From an uncultured Leptospirales bacterium (GTDB lineage Bacteria > Spirochaetota > UBA4802 > UBA5550), in the NCBI GenBank assembly GCA_964514165.1, contig CAZEPS010000002.1, positions 873 to 64,872 of the forward strand: a stretch of 64,000 nt of DNA, written 5' to 3'. How positions within the stretch are numbered: the stretch's first letter is position 1; every line of letters starts with the position of its first letter. Below are positions 27,913 through 37,452 of the stretch, in pieces. The notes under the pieces are model-generated. The model did not search any database. It saw only the letters and a list, made by a program, of their open reading frames with translations, and was not told the origin of the DNA. The translations under genes and the position numbers were made by a program.

Positions 27913-29525
27913 TATTCTTCTCCTGCATGATTGAGGGTGTGAAAGAGTTTCCGGTTCTGCTTGTAGAGCTTCGTGAATATGTCGAAGTTCCGGTTGTAGA
28001 CATCACGGTTCTTCTGGTTCGGAAAGTAGACCTTTTCGACGGGGATGAGGTCCTTCGCCTGTTCGAACGTGTCGCACAGCCCCAGGCCCACGGAGCACAC
28101 GATGGCCGCACCGATGGTTCCCACATTCCGGGTGTTCGGGACCGTCTCCATGACCCGGCCGGTGACGTCCGCCATAATCTGGCACCAGACCTCGGACTTT
28201 GCCCCGCCCCCCACGTAGCGGATTGTCTCCTGTTTCGGTATCTTCTTCTCCATGGCCTCGAGCATCCACCGCTTGTGGTACGCAACCCCCTCGAGCACGG
28301 ATCGGATAAGCTGGCGCTTGCCGGTGTTCAGGCCGATGTTGAAGAAGATTCCCCGGGCGTAAGGGTCTTCCCGGGGGGAGCGGTTCCCGTGGAGCCAGGG
28401 GGTAAAAATGACGCCGCCGGAACCGGCCGGTGTATTCTTAATTCCCTCGTTCAGAAAATCGTAGAGGCTCTCGTACTCGTCGTTCTTGTCGCAGATGTGC
28501 TGCGCCTCGAGATAGAGGCCGATTTCGTCCAGGGCAAGGTGGTCCCGCACCCACTGCAGGCAGGCCCCGGAGGTCTCCTGCTCGGCCGCGTAGTTGTACC
28601 GTTCCGGTATGGCGCTCATGATAGAGGCGATGAAGTTCGTTATGTCAACCATCCGCCTGTCGACATTGGCCACGGCCCAGCCTGATGTCCCGACGTAGAA
28701 GTGTGTGTCGTAAAGCTCCAGGCAGCCTGATCCGATGGAGGCCATGGACATGTCGCCGCCGCCGCCGAACACCGGTATTCCCTCCACCAGCCCCATTTCA
28801 TCGGCGGCGGCGGGGGTGAGGTGCCCCACGATGTCCGTGGATTTCACCACCGGGGGCAGGTGCTCCATGTTCACGTCGAACATGCCGCAGAGCCCCCTGT
28901 GCCAGCCGAGTTTCCCAGGCCGGGTGTCGTATATGAATGTCAGGTTCGCCGAATCGTAGGTCATGCCGTACTCCCCGGTGCACCGGAGGATCAGGTAGTC
29001 CTTCACGTCGAGCCACCGGTAGGTTTTTTCGAAGATCTCCGGCTCGTTGTCCCGCACCCAGTGGTACTTCCAGAGCGGGTCCTTGGCCGTGGCGGCCAGG
29101 CCCCCGGTGTAGTAGAGGGACTTCAGGGTCTTGTAGGCGTTCCACTTTTCGATTCGCAGGAGGCCGGTGTAGAGGTACCGGGCTATCTGGTCAGTGGACC
29201 GCCCGTCCATGTAGTTCATCGGGTTCCGGAGGATCCGCCCCTTTTCGTCAACGTGGACCGAGCTCTGCATCTGGGCGGAAAAGGCCATCCCCCGGATATC
29301 TTTCGGGGAGATGTCGTTACGTTCCATCAGGATCCTGGTGGCCCCGCACACGGCGCCCCACCATTCGTCCGCGTTCTGCTCGACCCCGCCGTTTTCCAGG
29401 GTGTAGATCGGGTACTCTATCAGGTAAGAGTCGATCAGTTCGATCTGGTCGGTGATACGGTAGAGGCAGGATTTGTTGCCGGTGGTGCCCACGTCGTGGG
29501 CCAGGACGTGCACTGTTTCACTCAT
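27912..29525 (-). CDS. FGGY-family carbohydrate kinase
   Basis: 537 aa. N-terminal HDVGTTGNK (FGGY N-motif) and C-terminal GGGA motif. It overlaps the aldolase start by 1 bp. Confidence 0.85.
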   Translation of the reverse strand: MSETVHVLAHDVGTTGNKSCLYRITDQIELIDSYLIEYPIYTLENGGVEQNADEWWGAVCGATRILMERNDISPKDIRGMAFSAQMQSSVHVDEKGRILRNPMNYMDGRSTDQIARYLYTGLLRIEKWNAYKTLKSLYYTGGLAATAKDPLWKYHWVRDNEPEIFEKTYRWLDVKDYLILRCTGEYGMTYDSANLTFIYDTRPGKLGWHRGLCGMFDVNMEHLPPVVKSTDIVGHLTPAAADEMGLVEGIPVFGGGGDMSMASIGSGCLELYDTHFYVGTSGWAVANVDRRMVDITNFIASIMSAIPERYNYAAEQETSGACLQWVRDHLALDEIGLYLEAQHICDKNDEYESLYDFLNEGIKNTPAGSGGVIFTPWLHGNRSPREDPYARGIFFNIGLNTGKRQLIRSVLEGVAYHKRWMLEAMEKKIPKQETIRYVGGGAKSEVWCQIMADVTGRVMETVPNTRNVGTIGAAIVCSVGLGLCDTFEQAKDLIPVEKVYFPNQKNRDVYNRNFDIFTKLYKQNRKLFHTLNHAGEE

Positions 29526-29680
29526 GTCTGGTTCTCTTTTTCGTGGGATTTCCGTGAGCGCCGATGATCTGTACCCCGCCGTACGCTCCCGGGCCGTTAA
29601 GTTAAGTATACAGTCAATCGTTATCGGTATCCTATCACCCGCTGATAGATCAGAAATTGACTACCGGCCGCGTCCGAACT

Positions 29681-31396
29681 TCATTTTTTCGAAGTTCCCT
29701 GTTTTTTGTCACGCCGGTACTCCGAAGGGGTCATCTTCATGACCCGGTGGAACGACCGGTTGAAGGTGGCAAGGCTCTCAAATCCGGACGAAAAGGCGAT
29801 GTCGATTATCGGGTCCCCGGTGTCGGCGAGCTTGCGGGAGGCGGATTCTACCCTGAGCCGGTTGATGTAGTCGTTGATCTTCATCCCGGTGCAGGTCTTG
29901 AAGTAGCGGCTCAGGGAGTCGGGATGGAGGTTCAGCATGGCGGCAAGCCCCTCCCGGGCGATGTCGCTGGTGAAATTATTCTCGATGTAGAGGACCGCTT
30001 TCTGGAGCTTTTTTTCAATGACGGGGGAAATCTTTACCCTTTCCCGACGGCTCATCCGGTTGATCATCCGCTGGTAGAGGAACGCATTTTCGAGAAGGAG
30101 GGCGGTCTGCCTGACAAAGACCGAAATGCGCCCGGCATCGGTTTCCGTATATGAACTCTCTTCAGCGGTCCGCTCAAGGTAACAGATTCCGATTATCTCC
30201 TTGTGGAGGGGAATCGGCAGTGCCAGGATGTTTCGGCCGATATCCGCGCCTCCGTAGCACTCGCCGTTCTTCTCTTCTTCCGTGTAGATAAGGTATTCTT
30301 TTCGGCGCCAGGACTCCTCAACGATGGGAAAGTAGTATGACACGATGTTCACCGACGGGGACCGGGCCGAACCCATCATCTCAAGCTGGCCTTTGTCATT
30401 ATAAAGAAAAATGTATGATGATTCGGCCCGCGCCAGCCGCAGGATCTTCTGGGCCGCGGTGTTTACGAGGTCCGTGATGTGGGATACGACGCTCAGGTCC
30501 CGTCCCAGTTTGTCAAGGCTGGTCAGTTCTGTTGAAACAGCGGACGAGTCCCGGGCCGCGTCACCGGCCTTTGCTTCATTACCGGTCTTAACCGCCTCGT
30601 CGTAGAGTTCCCTGGCCATTTCACTGAAGAAGAGTTCCCTGGTCCGCTCCGATATCTTGTCCTCCAGGATGATGTTCAGTTCGTCAACCTCATCCTTCAA
30701 TTTAACCAGCTGGTTAAGGAGGGCCACGGACATTGTTATGATGATCAGCAGGTAGGCGTATTCCAGGATGTACATGAAGGTGTAGACACCGGCGCCCACC
30801 AGGGCGTCGTTGACGCAGGAGATGAAGAATATGAACATGGATATGACCATGGGGCGGGCGTGCCTCCCGTCTTCATCAAGGCAGTAGGTCGTAAGGTTAA
30901 AGAGAATATAGATCGACGTGACCAGGGTCGCCCCGTTCTGGAGGTGGTAAAGAATGCCCGGGCTTCCTTCGTAGTAACGGATGGTGCCGAAGAGGGGGCC
31001 GGTGAGCACCTTGGTGCTTGGAATTGCCGGGGTGAGGGCGGCCGGCCCCTCCAGGGTGAGGCCGAGGACAATGAACAGCGCGAAGGACACGGTCACCAGG
31101 ATTTCCCACCGCCGTGAACTCCGCCCCGTGTAGGACCGCACGAACCAGGCAACCGACACGATGAAGAGGGCGATGCCCGCGAATTGCAGCCGCTGCCAGA
31201 ATATCCCCTCAGCAAGATTCTTGGCGTTGTAGAGGCCGGCGCAGAAGATGTCGTAGAGGAATATGGTGAAGCAGGTCACGGCAAAGAGGAGGTTTACCGT
31301 CTCGCGCCTGTTTTTCAGGTAGACGATGAAATAGTAGACGCTCACGTAGAGGCATATTGCCGCCACCATGGCGGCCGGTACGGCGTTCGCGGTCAT
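29681..31396 (-). CDS. AraC-family regulator with N-terminal 7TM (7TMR-DISM-like) sensor and GAF domain
   Basis: Seven hydrophobic helices, a central GAF-like region, and a C-terminal AraC HTH (SGFESLATFNRSFHRVMKMTPSEYRR). Confidence 0.8.
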   Translation of the reverse strand: MTANAVPAAMVAAICLYVSVYYFIVYLKNRRETVNLLFAVTCFTIFLYDIFCAGLYNAKNLAEGIFWQRLQFAGIALFIVSVAWFVRSYTGRSSRRWEILVTVSFALFIVLGLTLEGPAALTPAIPSTKVLTGPLFGTIRYYEGSPGILYHLQNGATLVTSIYILFNLTTYCLDEDGRHARPMVISMFIFFISCVNDALVGAGVYTFMYILEYAYLLIIITMSVALLNQLVKLKDEVDELNIILEDKISERTRELFFSEMARELYDEAVKTGNEAKAGDAARDSSAVSTELTSLDKLGRDLSVVSHITDLVNTAAQKILRLARAESSYIFLYNDKGQLEMMGSARSPSVNIVSYYFPIVEESWRRKEYLIYTEEEKNGECYGGADIGRNILALPIPLHKEIIGICYLERTAEESSYTETDAGRISVFVRQTALLLENAFLYQRMINRMSRRERVKISPVIEKKLQKAVLYIENNFTSDIAREGLAAMLNLHPDSLSRYFKTCTGMKINDYINRLRVESASRKLADTGDPIIDIAFSSGFESLATFNRSFHRVMKMTPSEYRRDKKQGTSKK

Positions 31397-31425
31397 TGGA
31401 AATCCCGGTTAAACTTAAATTTTTA

Positions 31426-31892
31426 CCACAGAGACACTGAGGCACGGAGGTTATAATAACAGATACGGTTAAAAATATAAATAAAAATTTGTCTCATTTC
31501 GGAATGTTGGGAGAAATAAGAGGCTCTGACCCCGTTTTTCCAAAACAACAGGCTCTGACCCCATATTAAAATACACCGGCAGCCGCTTACGATTGGCCTC
31601 TTTATAAAATAAAAAACTTCTCCACGCATTCTTCAAAGGTATTGCCAGGAGCCAGGAAAAAGGAATTGATTTTGATTTTAATCGTAATTGTATGATTTCT
31701 GACCAAATAGCTGTCTATAAAACCGATATTGTTCTTACGGGGGTCCCGGGTCAGAGCTTTTTTTTAGAAAATAGGGGGTCAGAGCCTTTTTTATCTGGCA
31801 AATGCATTTCGACAGAATTTACAGGATAAAGAGGGATCAAGAAAAGAAATATAGAATAACCACCAGACCTCTGTGTCTCTGCGCCTCTGTGG
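31426..31892. mobile_element. MITE-like element (467 bp) with ~25-bp TIRs built from CACAGAG-type heptads, nested internal inverted repeats, flanking TTTTTA direct repeats
   Basis: Left TIR CCACAGAGACACTGAGGCACGGAGG; right end CCTCTGTGTCTCTGCGCCTCTGTGG. Internal GGCTCTGACCCC x2 (31522, 31551) pair with GGGTCAGAGC / GGGGGTCAGAGCC (31747, 31775). TTTTTA sits at 31420-31425 and again at 31893-31898. There is no ORF and the interior is AT-rich. Confidence 0.65.
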
Positions 31893-32006
31893 TTTTTATT
31901 CCTTACCACTCCGTAATTTCCACTAAAAAACAGTGGATTTCGTTCCCTGGAGTTGTATACTTTCAGTAGATTGGTATCGGTATAGGATAGTCGTAAAGGA
32001 GACTGA

Positions 32007-32795
32007 ATGACAGTGAAACTCGCATTCCTCGGAACCGGCACCTGCAGCGGGACCGGCCGCAACCCGGCATCCAGCGCCCTCTCCGACGGGAACGAGGTGG
32101 TTCTCATAGACTGCGGGGGCGGGTGCTACCACCAGCTGGCGCGGCTCGGCAGGAAGGACTTTCCCCACCGCTCGGTGAACCTCGTGGCGCTGACCCACTA
32201 CCACGTGGACCACACGGCCGGGCTCCTCGATTTCTTCTGGGGTGAGATGTGGGACACCCGGGGGCAGCGGACGGCCCCCCTTGCCGTTGTCGGCCCACCG
32301 GGGCTGCGTGAGTTCTTTGACACCCGGCTCTTTCCTTTCATCGGGGACCATGAGATCCCCTTTGAATACTGCCTGGCGGAAATCGGGCCCGGTGAAACAT
32401 ACAGCCACACCTTTTGCGACATCACCTCGTACCACCTGCTTCACGGGCCGAAATCAACCGGATACCTCTTTGCCGTGCCTGGCGCGAAAACCGGTTTTAC
32501 CGGTGATACCGGCTACTGCGATAACCTGTTGAAACTCGCGTCCGATTCGGACGCCCTGGTCATGGAATGGGCCATCAGGGGCAGCGACGACCATGAGCGG
32601 CACATCAACGGGGATGACATGTCGCGCCTCGCGGCCGACGAAGTACTGCCGGAAAGGGTTTACGTGACTCACGTGTACCCTGAAACCGGTCTTTCGTTCA
32701 GTGAACAGGTTGCCGGGATGAAACGGCTTCTCGGCCCCGAGGCCCGCAGGTTTCATTTCCCGGTCGACCTGGAGGTTGTTGAGGTTGTTCCGTAG
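32007..32795 (+). CDS. MBL-fold metallo-hydrolase (RNase Z / PhnP-like)
   Basis: HYHVDH motif and the beta-lactamase fold pattern. Confidence 0.75.
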   Translation: MTVKLAFLGTGTCSGTGRNPASSALSDGNEVVLIDCGGGCYHQLARLGRKDFPHRSVNLVALTHYHVDHTAGLLDFFWGEMWDTRGQRTAPLAVVGPPGLREFFDTRLFPFIGDHEIPFEYCLAEIGPGETYSHTFCDITSYHLLHGPKSTGYLFAVPGAKTGFTGDTGYCDNLLKLASDSDALVMEWAIRGSDDHERHINGDDMSRLAADEVLPERVYVTHVYPETGLSFSEQVAGMKRLLGPEARRFHFPVDLEVVEVVP

Positions 32796-33016
32796 AGGTC
32801 GCCCGGCTTCCGGAAATCCACCGGGATCCTTTTGATCGAATCCTCATTGCCCAGTCCCGCCATGAACAGGCCCCTCACTTAACAAACGACCGGGTGATTA
32901 TGTCCTATGAACTAAAAACTGTCTGGTAATAAGAATCATCCTGAACTCTACTTTATAAAGAAGAAATACGAAAACTTTCTTTACATCGTTGGCGCCGGTT
33001 TTAAGAATTGCCCTCA

Positions 33017-33049
33017 GGGAACCTCTTATGTAATTTCTGGATGTTCCCC
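33017..33049 (+). repeat. solo family-A-type hairpin GGGAACCTCTTATGTAATTTCTGGATGTTCCC upstream of adk
   Basis: Same GGGAACCTCT..GTTCCC stem as hairpin 1 of copy A4. The core and hairpin 2 are absent. Confidence 0.5.
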
Positions 33050-33074
33050 GTATATTGAATCACGAGGTGGATTT

Positions 33075-33764
33075 ATGAATATTCTTATTTTTGGTCCAAA
33101 CGGAAGCGGCAAAGGGACCCAGGGGGCCGTGGTACAGAAAAAATTCAACATAACCCACGTAGAGTCCGGGGTCATTTTCAGGGAGAACATCAAGGGCGGA
33201 ACAGAGCTCGGGAAAAGGGCGAAGGAGTACATCGACCGGGGAGACCTGGTCCCGGACGAAATCACCATTCCCATGATCCTTGACCGGCTTCAGCGGGACG
33301 ATTGTAAAAACGGCTGGCTCCTGGACGGCTTTCCCCGGAACGTTGAGCAGGCGAAGGCACTGAACGAGGCCCTTGAAAAAGAGGGGATCAGCCTCGATTA
33401 CATAATCGAGATTATCCTTGACCGTGAGATCGCGAAACAGCGGATCATGGGGCGGCGCCTGTGCGAAAATGACAACAATCACCCGAACAACGTCTTCATA
33501 GACGCCATCAAGCCGGACGAGAAGGACGGCGAAATGGTATGCCGGGTCTGCGGCGGAAAGCTCTCAACCAGGGCCGACGACCAGGACGAGGAGGCGATCA
33601 ACAAGCGCCATGGCATTTACTATGACGACAAAACCGGCACCATTGCCGCGGTAAATTTCTTCAAGGAACTTTCCATAGAGAGGGGAGGCAAACCGAAGAT
33701 CATCGAGGTCAACGGGAAGCCCGGGGTCAAGGAGGTCAGCGAGGACCTCATGTCCCGGATTTAG
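33075..33764 (+). CDS. adk: adenylate kinase (long-LID, Zn-ribbon type)
   Basis: P-loop GPNGSGKGTQ, LLDGFPR, and a LID with CRVCGG..; 229 aa with an insertion in the LID. Confidence 0.9.
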   Translation: MNILIFGPNGSGKGTQGAVVQKKFNITHVESGVIFRENIKGGTELGKRAKEYIDRGDLVPDEITIPMILDRLQRDDCKNGWLLDGFPRNVEQAKALNEALEKEGISLDYIIEIILDREIAKQRIMGRRLCENDNNHPNNVFIDAIKPDEKDGEMVCRVCGGKLSTRADDQDEEAINKRHGIYYDDKTGTIAAVNFFKELSIERGGKPKIIEVNGKPGVKEVSEDLMSRI

Positions 33765-33774
33765 AGAATACTAT

Positions 33775-33826
33775 CCGGTCCGCCCGGCCTCTCTCTGTCG
33801 GGCGGACCGGGATATTCCGGCGTTTT
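33775..33826 (+). terminator. putative terminator after adk (12-bp GC stem CCGGTCCGCCCG / CGGGCGGACCGG)
   Basis: Perfect 12-bp stem with a 12-nt loop. The U-tract is weak and displaced (CGTTTTAAT). Confidence 0.4.
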
Positions 33827-33912
33827 AATAAGGCTTGACACCCCTGTCGATGGTACATACACTGTCAGGGGTATTCGTGAAAAAAAAACATATAAAACAG
33901 GTCCTGAAAAAC

Positions 33913-34326
33913 ATGGAGAAGAAATTCAAAACCGCATTTATCCTGATGATGATTCCGGTCGCGATAAATATCGCCGGAACAATACTCTGCGCCCTTTACC
34001 TGGGGCGGGCGGAATTCAAGGGTTATCTGGCCGGTACGCTCCTGAGCCTCTTCTTCTCAGTGTTCTGGCTCGTCATGGCCCGGAAGATCACCCTGTCAAA
34101 CATCATGGTGCTCTTTACCGTGTCCCTCGGTTCGTTTCCGGTGAAGATAGTCCTCTTCGCCGTTTTCGCCCTGGGGGGTCTCTACGTATTAAAGATGGAC
34201 CAGATCTACTTCGGCATCTCGTTCCTTCTCGGGACCATCCTCAGCCTGGTCATAGAGGTCTGGTTTATCCTGGCGGTAAACAAACTGAAAATCAACAGCA
34301 GGATTACGAAAAAGAATCCGGAATAG
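33913..34326 (+). CDS. hypothetical membrane protein (4 TM)
   Basis: Start placed at MEKKFK. Four hydrophobic helices. The stop lies 6 bp before the histidine kinase start. Confidence 0.55.
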   Translation: MEKKFKTAFILMMIPVAINIAGTILCALYLGRAEFKGYLAGTLLSLFFSVFWLVMARKITLSNIMVLFTVSLGSFPVKIVLFAVFALGGLYVLKMDQIYFGISFLLGTILSLVIEVWFILAVNKLKINSRITKKNPE

Positions 34327-34332
34327 GTCACC

Positions 34333-35952
34333 ATGGATTTAAAGGATCTGAACTACCTCTCGAAAGATGAACTCATAGGCATCATCACCGACCTTTCAAA
34401 AAAGTATTCCCTTGAAAATAAAGAAATACTACCGATAAACGTTGACTACCGGAGCCTCCTGGAGGCGACTTCAGACATTATTTTCGTCATAGACAAGAAT
34501 GAAAACCTGGTCTACATAAACTCCAAGTGGAAAACCCTGTTCCCGTCAATCAACCAGGAGCCGGCCGGCGAGCATTACACGAAATACCTTCCCGACATAG
34601 AGAAGGAGCGGGCCGCTTACGTTTTCTCGTCCGTCATCAAGGACGGGGCCGTGTTCGAAAACGAGATGATGAAGACCTACGATGAAACGGGACGGCCCTG
34701 GTACTTTCTCGCGAGCTTCTCCCCGATAAAATCGGAAGACGGCACCAACAAGGGCCTCATCGGCATCATGAAAAACATCACCGAGCGGCACCTCATTGAA
34801 AAGAAGCTGAAGGAGAACAGCAGGATCCTCGAGGAGAAGGTCAAGGAGCTGGTGAGGCAGTCCGACGAGATACGGGGCCTCAGGGAATTCAGCGACGACA
34901 TAATAAACAACGCCCCCATCGGCATTTTCATGATGGACCCCTCCGGCATAATGCTGAGCGAAAACCCGGCGCTGAAGATTATCATGGGCCACGGGAGCGA
35001 GTCACGCATTGGGGTCAACCTGCTCAATTATTCAGGCTTCATCAACGCAGGACTCGACAGGGCCTTCGCAAAGGTCCTCAATGAGAAGGTATCGGTCAAA
35101 GTCAACAATGCCCCCTACGTTCCCATCGTGGGTGACCGGGAGCTCATCATCGACGTTATCATGACCCCCATATTCGAAATCCCGGGAAAGGTCGGGAAGG
35201 TCCTTGTCATGGTGGAGGACAACACCGAACAGGCCCGGACCACTGTCAGGGCCCAGCGGGCCGAACGGCTCTCTTCCCTCGGGTTTCTCGCCTCCGGGGT
35301 CGCCTCGGAACTGACCGGTTATATCAACAAAATGGCAATGGACCTGAACTTCGTTCGGAATAACATCGAGGAAGGAAACCCGGCCGTGGATTACGTCGAG
35401 TCACTGAAAGACGAGGTGGACCGTATCAAGAACATCTCGGAGCAGCTCCTGAGCCTCTCCATCACCGGTGACGCGGACAAGGAGCTCTGCGACGTGAACA
35501 AGGCGGTGAAGGGGCATTCCGTTGAGGTTATGACCAACCGGCTCCAGAAAGAGGGCTTCATCGTTGACGTGAAGCTCTCCTCGGAAAACCCGCTGGTGCG
35601 GGCGACCCCGAACCAGCTCCAGCAGATCGTAATTCAGTTTCTCGAAAACGCCGAGGAGGCCATGACGGAGAAAGGAAAAATCGGGATCACCGTGGAGACA
35701 CTCAATGTCTCTGACGGAACCTTCGCCGTCATTACCGTTTCGGACGACGGTATCGGCATCCCGAAGGAGAATGTAAAACGCATATTCCAGCCATTCTACA
35801 CCACGAAAGGGAAAAACGCGACCGGCCTTGGCCTCATGATCGTGTCCACCATCGTGGAGAACCTGGGGGGCACCATCGGCGTCAGGAGCGCCCCGGGAAA
35901 GGGTACCCAGATTAAGATAGCAATCCCGGCTGTCACGCAGCAGGGGTCATGA
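34333..35952 (+). CDS. PAS-domain sensor histidine kinase (cytoplasmic)
   Basis: Two PAS-like segments, a HisKA-like region (RAERLSSLGFLASGVASELTGYI) and HATPase_c G-boxes (DDGIGIP, GLGLMIVSTIVENLGGTI). No TM segments. Confidence 0.85.
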   Translation: MDLKDLNYLSKDELIGIITDLSKKYSLENKEILPINVDYRSLLEATSDIIFVIDKNENLVYINSKWKTLFPSINQEPAGEHYTKYLPDIEKERAAYVFSSVIKDGAVFENEMMKTYDETGRPWYFLASFSPIKSEDGTNKGLIGIMKNITERHLIEKKLKENSRILEEKVKELVRQSDEIRGLREFSDDIINNAPIGIFMMDPSGIMLSENPALKIIMGHGSESRIGVNLLNYSGFINAGLDRAFAKVLNEKVSVKVNNAPYVPIVGDRELIIDVIMTPIFEIPGKVGKVLVMVEDNTEQARTTVRAQRAERLSSLGFLASGVASELTGYINKMAMDLNFVRNNIEEGNPAVDYVESLKDEVDRIKNISEQLLSLSITGDADKELCDVNKAVKGHSVEVMTNRLQKEGFIVDVKLSSENPLVRATPNQLQQIVIQFLENAEEAMTEKGKIGITVETLNVSDGTFAVITVSDDGIGIPKENVKRIFQPFYTTKGKNATGLGLMIVSTIVENLGGTIGVRSAPGKGTQIKIAIPAVTQQGS

Positions 35953-35962
35953 GGATATTTCG

Positions 35963-37444
35963 ATGATTACCGTTCCACAGGACATCAAGAATTTTTTCCA
36001 CGACGAAGGCTACATTATCGTCACCCAGGGTGACCAGAAGATGGACCTGTTCAGCGACGAGATGAAATCCGCTGTATTGAACGGGGCCCTGGCAGGGGCG
36101 ACGGCCGCGGAAGCGGACGACCATGTGGTGACCGAACGGGCCGAAAAGGTTCCTGACAAGAGCGGCGCCCAGAGCCCCCTGGCCGGGGAGTACGACATCC
36201 CCACCATCGTCGAGTACCTCAACTGGCACATGAACCGTATATCCGAGAACGTCATCGGCCGGGACGACATCATCCGCCAGGCCATGTTCGCAATCATCAC
36301 CGGTGAGCACATGCTTCTCCTCTCCCGCACCGGCATGGCCAAGTCATACCTGGCGAATTATATCTTCAACACCTTCGAGGGTGCGAGGATATTCTCCCAG
36401 CAGGCGAGCAAGGACCAGACCCCGGACAACTATTTCGGCCCCTACAACATCGACGAGTTCAAAAAGGGCCGGATTCGCCACAACATCAAGGGTTCCATCA
36501 TCGAGGCGAACCTGGTGTTCCTGGACGAGTTCTTCGACGCCAGCGACGTGGTCCTCCGGTCCCTCCTTACGGTGCTGAACGAGAGGAAATTCGTCAACGG
36601 CTCGGAGCGGATAGACGTTCCTATTCACACCGCCATCGCCACGGCGAATTACATGAGGATGAACGAGGTCACCGAGGCGGTCCTCGACCGGTTTACCTAC
36701 AAGTCGATCATACCGGAAGACCAGGACGTGTACAAACAGCTTCTCATCGACCATACCTACGCCTTCAGCGGCGGGGTCCCCATCGACCCGGTAAAGAAGC
36801 TTTTCTTTAACCAGGTGATCTTCCTTAACAGCATCATCAAGAACCGCAACAAAGATTTCAAAATCGAGGTGCCGGATTACGTCTACTTCATGAAGAACGT
36901 CATCGTGAACAAGTTCGTCGGCGACATGCGGAAGAGCGATTACAACTTCTTCATAAGCCCCCGGAAGCAGGCCAAGGTATCCGACTTCCTCCGGGCGTCC
37001 GCCATAGTGAACAACCGGTTCGAGGTGAACGAGGACGACCTGAAGGAACTCTACCTGTCACTCTGCACCCTGAACAGCTACGTGTCGATAAAGGCCAAGG
37101 ACAAGTCCGAAAAAGACGTCTTTCTCGACACCTACCACCAGACCATGATCCACTTCAAGAACTCCGGGGCCATTCCCCAGATTGAGTTTTTACTGAAAGT
37201 GCGGAGGGTGCTCCAGGAGATCCGGGAAGATCCTGAGAAGCGGGACATGATCCTGGCGCGGAAGAATTTCCTTGAAAGCATCATCGACGTGCTCAGGAAA
37301 ATCTTCCCATCGAAAAAGAGAGAGGACGACGAGAAGCTCACGGTTGACAGGCTGAAGACCGGCGTCGTTGACCTGAGCCCCGCGGTTGAAGAGGTACGGG
37401 AATTGAAAGAAGGAGTATTGAAGGACTACCGGGATATTTACTGA
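35963..37444 (+). CDS. MoxR-family AAA+ ATPase
   Basis: MoxR-type Walker A LLLSRTGMAKS (the A-K-S signature), Walker B VFLDEF, sensor ATAN. It starts 10 bp after the kinase. Confidence 0.75.
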   Translation: MITVPQDIKNFFHDEGYIIVTQGDQKMDLFSDEMKSAVLNGALAGATAAEADDHVVTERAEKVPDKSGAQSPLAGEYDIPTIVEYLNWHMNRISENVIGRDDIIRQAMFAIITGEHMLLLSRTGMAKSYLANYIFNTFEGARIFSQQASKDQTPDNYFGPYNIDEFKKGRIRHNIKGSIIEANLVFLDEFFDASDVVLRSLLTVLNERKFVNGSERIDVPIHTAIATANYMRMNEVTEAVLDRFTYKSIIPEDQDVYKQLLIDHTYAFSGGVPIDPVKKLFFNQVIFLNSIIKNRNKDFKIEVPDYVYFMKNVIVNKFVGDMRKSDYNFFISPRKQAKVSDFLRASAIVNNRFEVNEDDLKELYLSLCTLNSYVSIKAKDKSEKDVFLDTYHQTMIHFKNSGAIPQIEFLLKVRRVLQEIREDPEKRDMILARKNFLESIIDVLRKIFPSKKREDDEKLTVDRLKTGVVDLSPAVEEVRELKEGVLKDYRDIY

Positions 37445-37452
37445 GGAGCGCC

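Noticed and set aside
27927-29567. Plus-strand ORFs 27927..28685 and 28821..29567 opposite the FGGY kinase
   Set aside because: Antisense artefacts. The kinase reading frame carries the FGGY motifs.
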